A program made the position numbers and the translations under genes. DNA of 64,000 bases from NCBI GenBank assembly GCA_005799265.1, contig SYHD01000215.1, positions 22,984 through 86,983 of the forward strand, given 5' to 3'. The stretch comes from Planctomycetia bacterium (lineage in GTDB: Bacteria > Planctomycetota > Planctomycetia > Gemmatales > Gemmataceae). Shown piece after piece: positions 45,017 through 54,203 of this stretch (its first letter is position 1; every line of letters begins with the position of its first letter). A model generated the notes under the pieces. That model was not told where the DNA came from. It saw nothing but the letters and a program-made list of their open reading frames with translations, and did not search any database.

Positions 45017-45997
45017 CTATTCTAGGACAATCACGCACGGATCAATGTCATCGCGTTTCGAGTTGAGCCCCGGCGTTGGCAGCAACTTTTGCGCGTGTCG
45101 ATCGTAGAGATAGATGTCGCGTTCCCCGTCCCCCTTGATGCGCTCGGAGACGAACACGAGATAGCGGCCATCGGGGCTCAGGTTCGGCGTCTGTTCGTTG
45201 GCGATTGAGTTGACGCCCGGCAATGGCAGAAAATTCTTCTTGGCCCGATCGTACAGATAGATGTCACGGCCCCCCATCCCATCAGGCCGATCCGACGCGA
45301 AGGCGACAAGATTGCCGTCCGCGCTCAGCGACGGTGTCAGATCGGCGAGCGGCGAGTTGAGCTCCGGCAGGGCAGCGACTTTGTCGTTCTGGCGATCGTA
45401 TAGGTAAATATCCGCAGCGCCGACGCCGTCCTTCTGATTGGAGACGTACGCCAGCCAGCGGCCGTCGGCGCTTAGCGCGGGCATCCGTTCGTCGTACCTC
45501 GTCGAATTGACACCGGGTACGTCGAGGTACTTCTTGCTGGCGAATTCAAATAGCATCACGTCCCAGCGTTGGCTCGCACCGGGCTTGTCCCACGAGGCGT
45601 AGGCGATCAGTGTGCCGTCGCTGTTGATCGTCGGATGAAGCTGCGCATTCTTCGACGTGTTGATGGCGGGCGGCGTCACGAGCTTCTTGTCGGCCATGTC
45701 CCAGAGGAAGATCTTGCTGACCTCGTTCTCCAGCTCGGACGCGAAGACGCAAAGCTTGCTGTTCTTCGACAGGATCGCGTGGTAGTCCTGGCGATTGGAG
45801 ACGGTCGGGACGTTGCCGACGATCTTGCCCTGGGCGACGCCGTCGTGTTCGTAGAAGTAAATTTGCGCGTGCTTGGGGCGATCGCGATAGGAGGAGAGGG
45901 CGATCAGGAGGCGGTTAGGAGAGCCTTCTTGCGGCTGCTGTGCAAGGACGAAAAACGGGGCGCAACCGATCAGAAGCAAAAGGAGCCAACGATTCAT
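45017..45997 (-). CDS. Secreted PD40/TolB-like beta-propeller protein
   Basis: ATG 45997 gives MNRWLLLLLIGCAPFFVLAQQ. Repeated P.LS.DG..L.F.S.R..G.G..DIYLYDR blades. It ends 7 nt before the epimerase start. Confidence 0.7.
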   Translation of the reverse strand: MNRWLLLLLIGCAPFFVLAQQPQEGSPNRLLIALSSYRDRPKHAQIYFYEHDGVAQGKIVGNVPTVSNRQDYHAILSKNSKLCVFASELENEVSKIFLWDMADKKLVTPPAINTSKNAQLHPTINSDGTLIAYASWDKPGASQRWDVMLFEFASKKYLDVPGVNSTRYDERMPALSADGRWLAYVSNQKDGVGAADIYLYDRQNDKVAALPELNSPLADLTPSLSADGNLVAFASDRPDGMGGRDIYLYDRAKKNFLPLPGVNSIANEQTPNLSPDGRYLVFVSERIKGDGERDIYLYDRHAQKLLPTPGLNSKRDDIDPCVIVLE

Positions 45998-46017
45998 GAG
46001 AGGTCTCGCAGGATTAT

Positions 46018-46088
46018 CGTGGCATACGATTGGAATCGCGTGATTGCGATGGCAATCCTTAATCACACGATTGGAATCGTATGCCACG
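46018..46088 (-). repeat. PAL-3 element copy B (full 71-nt palindrome)
   Basis: Minus strand: CGTGGCATACGATTCCAATCGTGTGATT-aaggattgccatcgc-AATCACGCGATTCCAATCGTATGCCACG. The arms are complementary except for the central CC and one T/C. The element ends about 20 nt upstream of ATG 45997, and its conserved ATGCCAC ends 21 nt upstream. Confidence 0.85.
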
Positions 46089-46092
46089 TTTT

Positions 46093-47391
46093 TCAGCCCA
46101 CAATCTCCTGCACCGGCAGCGCCTCGCGCAAGAATGGCCGCATCCGGGCGTCGGTCGTGTCGATGCCCACCAGCCGATACAAGCTCGCCGCGAACTGCGC
46201 GGGACCGACCGGTGTGTGCGCGGGGCGTGAACCAGTGGCGTCACTGGCGCCGACGATGCGGCCCCCTTCGAGACCGCCGCCCGCCAGCAGATACGTGAAG
46301 CAATACGGAAAGTGATCGCGCGCTCCGAATCGATTGACGCGCGGCGTGCGGCCGAACTCGCCGCCGGCGACGATCAGCGTGTTCTGCAACATGCGGCGTT
46401 CTTGCAGATCGGTCAAGAGCGCGGTGAGGCCCTGATCAAGCCGTGGGCACAAATGCTGTTCCATGCGGACCATGCCGCCCAGGTCGGCGCCGTGCACGTC
46501 CCAGGCGTCCCAGGCGGGGCCGTCGTACCATTTGATTTGCACGAATCGGCTCCCCGCTTGTACGAGCCGGCGGGCCAGTAAGCACGATTGGCCGAACAGA
46601 TTGGCGCCGTAGCGGTCGCGCAACGCTTCGTTCTCGCGCGCCAGGTCGAATGCGTCGCGCACCTGCGTCGACGTCAGCATGTCGACAGCACGTTGATAGT
46701 TTTGATCCATGCGTTCGATGGCTTCGTTGGCGTGCGCCGTCTGACGGAAGCGATCGACCGCAGTCAAGAGTTCGCGGCGCTGGCTGAAGCGGTCGGCCTG
46801 CATGTCGGCCGAGAGTTGGAACTGCGGCAGCGCGGCGCGGTTGCCCGTCGGGTCGGCGATCTCGACGGGGAAGAACGGGGCGCCCAGACGGCCGCCGCCA
46901 ACGCCGAGCCGCGAGCCGATGTGTACATACGGCGGCATGTTGCCGCGGTAGCCCTGGATGCGCGAGATGACGGCGCCGTATGATGTCGTCTCGCCGGGGA
47001 AGCCGGTCAGCATCGGGATCGGCGAATGGGCGTCGATGTTGTGCGACATCGACCGCACCAGCACGCACTTGTCCATGTGCCGCGACAGGCGCGGCAACAG
47101 CTCGCAGATCTGCATGCCGGGGACGTTAGTCTGGATCGGGCCGTATGGGCCGCGAATCGTGTCGGGGGTATCGGGCTTGGGATCGAAAGTCTCGAAGTGA
47201 CTCGGGCCACCGTCGAGCCAGAGAAAGATGACCGAGACATCGCGGCTGCCGGCGCCGGGCGATGCGGCCGCTTTCGTGCGGAACCAATCCGCGAGCGTAA
47301 GCCCGGCGATGCCCAGCCCGCCGACGGTGAGCATGTCGCGTCTTGTCAGGCCGCTGCAATTGCGAACCGCGGTTTTGCCGATGGTGAACAT
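46093..47391 (-). CDS. DUF1501 family protein (second copy, no adjacent DUF1553 partner)
   Basis: ATG 47391. LTRRDMLTVGG Tat-like motif. LDGGPSHFETFDPKPD, WDVHG and GGEFGRTPRVN. Confidence 0.85.
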   Translation of the reverse strand: MFTIGKTAVRNCSGLTRRDMLTVGGLGIAGLTLADWFRTKAAASPGAGSRDVSVIFLWLDGGPSHFETFDPKPDTPDTIRGPYGPIQTNVPGMQICELLPRLSRHMDKCVLVRSMSHNIDAHSPIPMLTGFPGETTSYGAVISRIQGYRGNMPPYVHIGSRLGVGGGRLGAPFFPVEIADPTGNRAALPQFQLSADMQADRFSQRRELLTAVDRFRQTAHANEAIERMDQNYQRAVDMLTSTQVRDAFDLARENEALRDRYGANLFGQSCLLARRLVQAGSRFVQIKWYDGPAWDAWDVHGADLGGMVRMEQHLCPRLDQGLTALLTDLQERRMLQNTLIVAGGEFGRTPRVNRFGARDHFPYCFTYLLAGGGLEGGRIVGASDATGSRPAHTPVGPAQFAASLYRLVGIDTTDARMRPFLREALPVQEIVG

Positions 47392-47417
47392 GAGCTGCCC
47401 CCCCCCCTGAAATATCG

Positions 47418-48170
47418 TCACGCGGAGCATGCCGATAACGGTCTTACCTGAACGATGAATTGTGCAAATCCGAGTGGGTCCAACGTGCGCTCGATGCGAA
47501 ACGAGCGCCCGAGTACGTCGGAACGCAGCCAGCCTTCCTCGGCCGGCGTCGCTTGATACTCTTCATTTGTGAGTCGAAGTATGTCGAAGACTACGCCGTC
47601 ACCGCGCGCGTCGACAAGCCAATACTCGGGAATCTGTGCCTTCCGGTACAAATCGCGCAGCGTCTTGAGATCCTTGACCTTCGAGCCGTCGCTGACGATC
47701 TCCAGGATGATGTCTGGAGTTCCCTCAAGTCGCATGTAGCCCAGGTTTTGGCCGGGGATCAGCCGCAGTCTCCCGGCCTGCATCGTGGCCCAATGATAGT
47801 AAAGGCCGTCGGGTTCGGTTGACAGGTTGGCCGCCTCGTTAACGAGCAGCATTCGATCCGGCACGAAACGTCCGGTTGGGTATTGTACCAAGAAAGAGTA
47901 GAACATGCCATTGAAGGCCTGTTTGGCCTGGTTGTGCGTAAGGAATTCTTCCATGCTCGCGTCCACCCAGATTTTGCCGTCAAGATAAGAAACCCAGCCA
48001 TTCTCCGGGTACGCGTCAGATTCTACCCAGCGGCGATAGTCATCCAGGCTATCGATCCAACCGGGTATCGTGATCTTGTTCTCGACAACAACATCGGCGC
48101 GGCGCGTAGTCGCCTTCACTGTAGGCACAGCGACGCTCGTTTGCGGCATAGGTGAGAGGACAGTGCTCAT
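47418..48170 (-). CDS. Uma2 (DUF820) family endonuclease-like protein
   Basis: The C-terminal core PDIILEIVSDGSKVKDLKTLRDLYRKAQIPEYWLVD fits the Uma2 PD-(D/E)xK pattern (PD..vEv.S......d...K...Y...gv.eYW.vD). Confidence 0.7.
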   Translation of the reverse strand: MSTVLSPMPQTSVAVPTVKATTRRADVVVENKITIPGWIDSLDDYRRWVESDAYPENGWVSYLDGKIWVDASMEEFLTHNQAKQAFNGMFYSFLVQYPTGRFVPDRMLLVNEAANLSTEPDGLYYHWATMQAGRLRLIPGQNLGYMRLEGTPDIILEIVSDGSKVKDLKTLRDLYRKAQIPEYWLVDARGDGVVFDILRLTNEEYQATPAEEGWLRSDVLGRSFRIERTLDPLGFAQFIVQVRPLSACSA

Positions 48171-48307
48171 GGCGAAATTCGTCCTGGGGTATCAACGATG
48201 TTATCCTACCACAATGACGCATGACCGTGCGAGCCAAATGCGCATAAAACGCATTCGCTAACCGAGCCGCGCGCGTAGGAAAGCGGTTGGTCAGGCCCGC
48301 CGTTTCC

Positions 48308-50938
48308 TCACGGGCGAGGCTCGGAAAAAGGCACGAGCCGATAGCGCAGGCCGAGCTTGCTCGCTGGCGTCGGCGTGGTGCACAAGGCGATCAACAGCGT
48401 GTTGTTTTGGCCGCGCTGGATCAGGCGCGGCTGGTCGAGCTCAATCTTCACGCCGAAACCGCCGCGGTCGATAATGACGGCGTCGGCCTCGACCGCGTCC
48501 TTGGCGAGCAGACCGAGCTCCTTGCCCTTGAGGGACAGGATGATGTCGGTCGTGTCGGCCCCCTTCTTGGCGGCTTTGCCCTTTTTCTTGGGCAGGAATG
48601 GGATCATCTCGTAGCATTCGGCGACTTTGCCCCGTTCCTTATAGGGGATCCACAGGTTCAACAGATCGTTGTGGCCGGTCTCACGCAGGTTGACGGTGCA
48701 GACAATAGCGTCATCCTCGTAGGTGTACGAACGGGCGATGTGGACGGCGTTTTCGCGGATGGCGCCGGAGCTGGTGACGACGTTCTTGACGAGCTTGGCG
48801 TCGTCGTGCTCGCCGTTGGCCCCGACGAGCGGTTTGCCGTCGGTGGTTTGGCCGACGATCGAGTGCAGATGGAAGTTGCGCCAGAGATGGATCGCCATGC
48901 CCTCGCCGTAGCTGCCGTTGAGGGTGGAGGCGAGTACGGGACCATGGCTGGGGATGTGCAGCTGGCAAATGACGCCTCCGGAGTAGCCGATCTGGCCCGC
49001 GAAGGCAAGGCCGATGAACGCCGGCGTGATGCGGCCATGATAAGACAATAGGTAATAATTCTTGCGTCGGGCGGCGAACCATTCGTCGCCGCCATTGACG
49101 CTTGCGGTGAAGTCGGGGCCGGGCAGTCCCTTCCAGGCGAAGGGGCCGTCCTTCGCGGGCGCCATCGGCGGACCATGGCTCGTGCGCGAGCTCCAGGGCG
49201 ACGCGGAAACCTCCTCGCTCAGGGTGTAGCTGTAAACCATGCGCATGCGATCATGGACCTTCTTGAAGCGCTCTTCGCCGAGGTCGGCAATGATCGTTGG
49301 CCAGGTGTCGATGACGTAGCTGCCGTAGTGGTGATCATAGCCGAAGCCTTCTTGACAGGGCCCCGATTTGCCGATGCCAGAGCGCTCGCCCCAACCGCCG
49401 GTCGCGAAGCGGTCGAAGTACGTCTCGGCAAGTTGTTTTTGCAGCGGATCACCGGTGGCTTCCTGGCAATAGCGCAATGAGGCGACGACCTGGGCGAATG
49501 AGTTGCCATTGGTCCGCGCCCAGGTGACGCAGAAGGCGAGCCGATCGCCGCACAGGAGGAAGGCGTCGCGGACGATTTCCTTGGCCTCGGCCGGGGCGTC
49601 CGACTGTTTGAGGATGCGCCAGGCCGGTCGCCAGAACTGCCAGGCGTAGTTCGAGTATTCATAGCCCATGTTGGCCCACGGTCCGCCGACCGCGACCGCT
49701 GGAATATCGCCCGGTCCGATCGAGCGCAGGCCGTGATAGAGATCGCGCAGCGCGACGTTGAGCGCCTGACGATTTTTGTTGGCGGCATAGTGGTGCATGA
49801 TGCCGTCGCACTTCGGCGGCGTCCAGTAGATGGCGTTGACGTTGAGAAAGCCGGGCTGGGTCGCGAGGCCGAGGAAGTGGACGTCACCGTTTTTCCCCTT
49901 GCCGAGTGGGAGTTCCTTGCCGTCTTGCTTGACGATAAATTCCTCGGCGGGGAACTTCTTGAGCCAGTCGTGCAGGCGAACCTGGAACGGATGCCAGAAG
50001 ACGCGCTCGTCGTGATAGATGGCGCCCCCCTGTATCGCCTTAGCCGTCTTTTCATCCGGGGTGAAGACGCCAACCACGGCCGGCACGCCGCGATGCGCGA
50101 TCTCGCTGTCCTTGTCGCGCAGCAGCTTGACGTTGACGAGGTAATCGTTCGGCCCCTCGGTCGTGTCGAGCGTCAGGATCTTGTCGTCCCATTTGCCTTT
50201 CACGGCGAACGGAATTTGCTTGACCATGTAGCCGTCGCCGGTCGTGCCGTCGAAGAGTTTTTCGCCGTTGGGCGCGGTCAATGTGAAGCGGCGCGTGTGC
50301 GGCGTGTCGAACTCCGCGAGCATCAGGAATAAGCCGTTAGTCCCACGTGGCACGTAGAGGTAGCTGCGATTGGCCTTGCCACGATCGCGCAAGGGCGAAC
50401 CGTGCAGCCAGGTCGGATGGCCGCACACACCGAAAGTCAAATCGGGATCGAGCGACAGAGTTACGTAATGATCCGGGAAGCCGACAATCTGAATGCGATA
50501 GATCCCCTTGCCGCCCCCCTGGATCGGATAGGTAAACGTCCTCTTGGTATGATTGCCTAGTCTATCCGCGGACGAGAACGCGCTCCAGCGCACCATCGGC
50601 AGCGTCCCCTGCATTCGGCAATAAGCGTAGTACCACGCCTCATGGTCCCAGGCGCCGGCTGGGGGTAGGGTCGCCTTGGAGACGATGCCGTCATCGGCAA
50701 TCACCGTGCGCACGACCGGTTTGCCCGCCGGATCGTAAATCTTGACGAGGACCTCGCGTGGCCCCGTCTCCAACAGGTTGAGATCGCGCACGTCGAGCTT
50801 GACGGTGAAGTCCTTGCCATCGGGATTCGGCACATACGCGGTGATGCCGTCGTACAGGCGGAAGGTCTCGGCCGCGTGAACAGCGCCGGGCACCAAGGTG
50901 GAAATAATTGCCGCGAAAATGTACCGCTGCCAGTGCAT
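48308..50938 (-). CDS. Large secreted hypothetical protein
   Basis: ATG 50938 gives MHWQRYIFAAIISTLVPGAVHAAE. 876 aa with no family recognised. Confidence 0.6.
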   Translation of the reverse strand: MHWQRYIFAAIISTLVPGAVHAAETFRLYDGITAYVPNPDGKDFTVKLDVRDLNLLETGPREVLVKIYDPAGKPVVRTVIADDGIVSKATLPPAGAWDHEAWYYAYCRMQGTLPMVRWSAFSSADRLGNHTKRTFTYPIQGGGKGIYRIQIVGFPDHYVTLSLDPDLTFGVCGHPTWLHGSPLRDRGKANRSYLYVPRGTNGLFLMLAEFDTPHTRRFTLTAPNGEKLFDGTTGDGYMVKQIPFAVKGKWDDKILTLDTTEGPNDYLVNVKLLRDKDSEIAHRGVPAVVGVFTPDEKTAKAIQGGAIYHDERVFWHPFQVRLHDWLKKFPAEEFIVKQDGKELPLGKGKNGDVHFLGLATQPGFLNVNAIYWTPPKCDGIMHHYAANKNRQALNVALRDLYHGLRSIGPGDIPAVAVGGPWANMGYEYSNYAWQFWRPAWRILKQSDAPAEAKEIVRDAFLLCGDRLAFCVTWARTNGNSFAQVVASLRYCQEATGDPLQKQLAETYFDRFATGGWGERSGIGKSGPCQEGFGYDHHYGSYVIDTWPTIIADLGEERFKKVHDRMRMVYSYTLSEEVSASPWSSRTSHGPPMAPAKDGPFAWKGLPGPDFTASVNGGDEWFAARRKNYYLLSYHGRITPAFIGLAFAGQIGYSGGVICQLHIPSHGPVLASTLNGSYGEGMAIHLWRNFHLHSIVGQTTDGKPLVGANGEHDDAKLVKNVVTSSGAIRENAVHIARSYTYEDDAIVCTVNLRETGHNDLLNLWIPYKERGKVAECYEMIPFLPKKKGKAAKKGADTTDIILSLKGKELGLLAKDAVEADAVIIDRGGFGVKIELDQPRLIQRGQNNTLLIALCTTPTPASKLGLRYRLVPFSEPRP

Positions 50939-51118
50939 GCCGTTTCCCCCTGTGAAGCGATGAAGTCGAACTCGGATCGTCATCAACATAAACGACGCGG
51001 CGACGAGTTGCAAAGGAAATCAGAAATGCCGCTTGCGGCCGATGGCTTCGCGACTACTTTTTACGCGCTAGAATGCTAGGATGGCAACAAGAATCCTCAA
51101 GTCAACGCAGGTGCAATC

Positions 51119-51514
51119 ATGAAAACGCTTGGCCTCGTGCTTGTATTGCTCCCCATCATGGCGCTCGCCGCCGACGCGCAGGACATTCGCAAAGGCGGCT
51201 CCCTCATTGGCCGCGTTGAGTCCAACGGGGACGTGCGCATCAAGGGCGCCATCGTCGGCCGCTTCGAGGCGAACGGCGACATCCGCGCCAAGGGGGCGAT
51301 CGTTGGCCGCATCGAAGCAGACGGCGACATTCGCAAGAAAGGCGCGATCGTCGGCCGCGTCGAGAAGGACGGAGACGTGCGCATGGGCGGAAAAATCGTC
51401 GGCCGGGTCGAGAAGGACGGCGACATTCGCAAGGGAGGCAGCATCATCGGCAAGGCCGCGGGCGTCAAGAAAGAACACGCGGCGGCGATCTTCTTCTTTG
51501 GTTTTTTTGAATAA
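51119..51514 (+). CDS. Secreted protein made of 16-residue tandem repeats
   Basis: Signal peptide MKTLGLVLVLLPIMALAADA. Five and a half copies of (I/V)R.(K/G)G.I(V/I)GR(V/F/I)E..GD (48-nt period, 51185-51463). Hydrophobic tail AAAIFFFGFFE. Confidence 0.65.
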   Translation: MKTLGLVLVLLPIMALAADAQDIRKGGSLIGRVESNGDVRIKGAIVGRFEANGDIRAKGAIVGRIEADGDIRKKGAIVGRVEKDGDVRMGGKIVGRVEKDGDIRKGGSIIGKAAGVKKEHAAAIFFFGFFE

Positions 51515-51515
51515 C

Positions 51516-52613
51516 ATGATCCACCTTCGCATGCTGCCATTTGTGTCGGCCATGATCTTGCTCGCGAGCCCGTGCCTCGCCCAAGACACGCCGCCCTCGA
51601 TCTTGCTCTTCGATTCCGGCAAGGAAGGCTATAAACGCTATCGCATCCCCGCCTTGATCACGACGAAAAATGGCCGCGTGCTCGCCTTCTCCGAAGGACG
51701 CAAAGGCGGAGGCGGACTCACGGGCGATATCGACATCGTCCTCAAGCGTTCCAGCGACAGCGGCAAGACGTGGACGCCGCTCGAGGTCGCCCTCTCAGGC
51801 AAGGGGCATACGCTTGGCAATCCGTGCCCCGTCGTCGATCGCAACGACGGCACGATCTGGCTCGCCGTCACTCGGAGCCACGGGCAAGACACCGAGGACG
51901 CCATCGTCAAGCGGACGAGCCGGGAGGCGACGCGCGTTCTCGTCACCTCCTCCAAGGACGACGGCAAGACCTGGGCTCCTTTGCGCGACATCAGCGATAC
52001 CTGCCGCAAACCGAATTGGACCTGGTACGGCACCGGCCCTGGCATCGGCATCCAGCTCAAATCCGGCCGACTGCTGCTGCCGTGCTATCACGCCGAGGCG
52101 ATTACGCAGATTTACCGAAGCCACACGATCTACTCTGACGATCACGGCAAGACCTGGCAGCTAGGCGAATCGGTCGGCGAACACTGTACCGAATGCGCGG
52201 TCGCCGAACGAAGCAATGGCGAGGTCGTCCTGCTTTCGCGCACCATCAAGGGCAAGCAAGAGAAGACGGCCGCTTTCAGCAAAGACGGCGGGAAGACATG
52301 GGCCGACATCAAGACGGATGCGAACCTGTACGACCCTAGCTGCCAGGCGTCGCTTTTGCGATTGGACGACACGAAGTCGCGCTGGCTCTTTTGCCATCCC
52401 GCCGGGCCGGGGCGGCGCGATTTGACAGTGCGCACAAGTGACGACGAGGGAAAGACGTGGACGAACGCCAAGCTGCTGCGCAAAGGGGACAGTCAGTATT
52501 CGTCGCTGGCGAAGATGCCGGACGGTTCGCTCGGTTGCCTGTACGATTGCTGGGTGGATGGCAATTATCGGATGTTCTTCACGCGATTCAGTTTGGAGTG
52601 GCTGTCAAATTAA
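51516..52613 (+). CDS. Exo-alpha-sialidase (GH33, BNR/Asp-box)
   Basis: ATG 51516 lies 1 nt after the TAA of the previous gene. Signal peptide. YRIP motif. Five Asp-boxes (SSDSGKTW, SKDDGKTW, SDDHGKTW, SKDGGKTW, SDDEGKTW). Confidence 0.85.
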   Translation: MIHLRMLPFVSAMILLASPCLAQDTPPSILLFDSGKEGYKRYRIPALITTKNGRVLAFSEGRKGGGGLTGDIDIVLKRSSDSGKTWTPLEVALSGKGHTLGNPCPVVDRNDGTIWLAVTRSHGQDTEDAIVKRTSREATRVLVTSSKDDGKTWAPLRDISDTCRKPNWTWYGTGPGIGIQLKSGRLLLPCYHAEAITQIYRSHTIYSDDHGKTWQLGESVGEHCTECAVAERSNGEVVLLSRTIKGKQEKTAAFSKDGGKTWADIKTDANLYDPSCQASLLRLDDTKSRWLFCHPAGPGRRDLTVRTSDDEGKTWTNAKLLRKGDSQYSSLAKMPDGSLGCLYDCWVDGNYRMFFTRFSLEWLSN

Positions 52614-52671
52614 CTCTCAAGCCCGCAGGTGACGCAGGAGCCTGCGGGGTTCCAGGTTGAGGACCAACCCT

Positions 52672-54135
52672 ATGCGCATCGCCACCGGCGGCATCTCGCA
52701 CGAGACCAGCACCTTCGCGCCGACGCCGACCACGCGGCGCGAGTTTGAAAATGGCATCGGCTTCTTCCGCGGCGGAGACATCCTCGCGCGGTTTTGCGGC
52801 GCCAATAACTGCACCGGCGGCTTCATCACCGGAGCCGACCGCCACGGCTACGAGCTGGTCCCGCTCCTGTGGACCTTCGCCTATCCCGGTGGCTTGATTC
52901 CCCGCGCCGATTACGACGCGCTGAAAGCCGAATTCCTCGATGGCTTGAAGAAAGCGCTCCCTGTCGATGGCGTGCTGCTCGATTTGCATGGCGCCATGGT
53001 CGTCGAAGGCATCGACGACGGTGAAGGTGATTTCATCGCTGCGGTGCGCCGCGTCGTCGGGCAGAAATGTCCGATCGTCGCGACGTTTGACCTGCACGGC
53101 AATCACACTCAGGCACGCATCGACGCAGCCGACGCCGTCATCGGCTTCGACACGTATCCACACGTTGACATGGCGGATCGCGGCGTCGAGGCGGCGGACC
53201 TCATCGTGCGCATCATACGCGGCGAAGTGCGGCCCGTGACGGCGTTTCGCGATTTGCCGCTGTTCTGGAGTGCGGCGTGCCAGGTGACGGGACATCCACC
53301 CATTGATGAAGCATTTCGTCTGGTTCACGAAGTCGAACGTCGTCCGGGCATCCTTTCGGTGACGCTGGCGACAGGCTTCCCTTGGGCCGATGTGCCGCAC
53401 ATGGGGGCGTCGGTCATCGTCGTCGCGGACAAGGACGCCGGACTGGCTCGCAAAACCGCGGATGAAATCGGCGACTGGGTTTGGGCGCGGCGTGAACGCT
53501 GGCATCGCAAGCCGTTGACGATTGACGAGGCGCTTGGCCAGCAAGCGACGCGATTTCCCGTCATGCTCGCCGACATGGCCGACAACACCGGCGGAGGCGC
53601 ACCAGGCGATTCGACGGAGGTCTTGCGCACTTTCGTGGAACGCGACTTGCGTAACGCGCTGATTCTCTACCTGGTCGATCCTGATGTCGCCCAGCAAGCT
53701 CATGCGGCGGGCGTCGGCAAGCGCATTCACGTCGATCTCGGCGGCAAGTCGCATCCGATGCAAGGAACGCCCGTGCCGCTCGATGTCGAGGTAGTGGCTC
53801 TTTCGGACGGAAAATTCACCTATGACGGTCCCATGTATGGGGGCCTTACCGGCGATCTCGGCACATCCGCCTGGTTGCGGCAGCGCGGCGTCAACGTCGT
53901 CGTCGTCAGCGCCCGCATGCAGCCGCTCGATCAAGCGTTCGCCCGCGCGCTCGGCATCGATTGTGCCGGGATGGAATACATCGCCGTCAAATCCGCCGTC
54001 CACTTCCGCTCCGGCTTCGAGAGGATTGCCGGCGCGATCCACAACATCGACGCCCAGGCGATCCACACGCACGATTTCGGCAGGCTGCCGTATCGCCAGC
54101 GCCGCAAGCCGATGTTTCCGCTGGATGGAAAATGA
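52672..54135 (+). CDS. M81 family metallopeptidase (MlrC-like)
   Basis: MRIATGGISHETSTFAP is the characteristic MlrC N-terminus. The length (~487 aa) fits. The antisense 527-aa ORF is rejected. Confidence 0.75.
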   Translation: MRIATGGISHETSTFAPTPTTRREFENGIGFFRGGDILARFCGANNCTGGFITGADRHGYELVPLLWTFAYPGGLIPRADYDALKAEFLDGLKKALPVDGVLLDLHGAMVVEGIDDGEGDFIAAVRRVVGQKCPIVATFDLHGNHTQARIDAADAVIGFDTYPHVDMADRGVEAADLIVRIIRGEVRPVTAFRDLPLFWSAACQVTGHPPIDEAFRLVHEVERRPGILSVTLATGFPWADVPHMGASVIVVADKDAGLARKTADEIGDWVWARRERWHRKPLTIDEALGQQATRFPVMLADMADNTGGGAPGDSTEVLRTFVERDLRNALILYLVDPDVAQQAHAAGVGKRIHVDLGGKSHPMQGTPVPLDVEVVALSDGKFTYDGPMYGGLTGDLGTSAWLRQRGVNVVVVSARMQPLDQAFARALGIDCAGMEYIAVKSAVHFRSGFERIAGAIHNIDAQAIHTHDFGRLPYRQRRKPMFPLDGK

Positions 54136-54203
54136 TAATCGCCACGCGATCCGTAGAATGTAGATCGCCATCGACGATCCTTCTTCCCTACGGAGTTCAA
54201 TTC

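Noticed and set aside
51185-51463. The regular 48-nt repeats could suggest a CRISPR-like or satellite array.
   Set aside because: The repeats are contiguous with no spacers. They are in frame within an ORF that has a signal peptide, and they diverge mainly at synonymous positions. No cas genes are present. This is a protein tandem repeat.
52588-54171. 527-aa minus-strand ORF.
   Set aside because: It is antisense to the MlrC-like gene, whose N-terminus (MRIATGGISHETSTF) is diagnostic. There are no motifs and the composition is Arg-rich.
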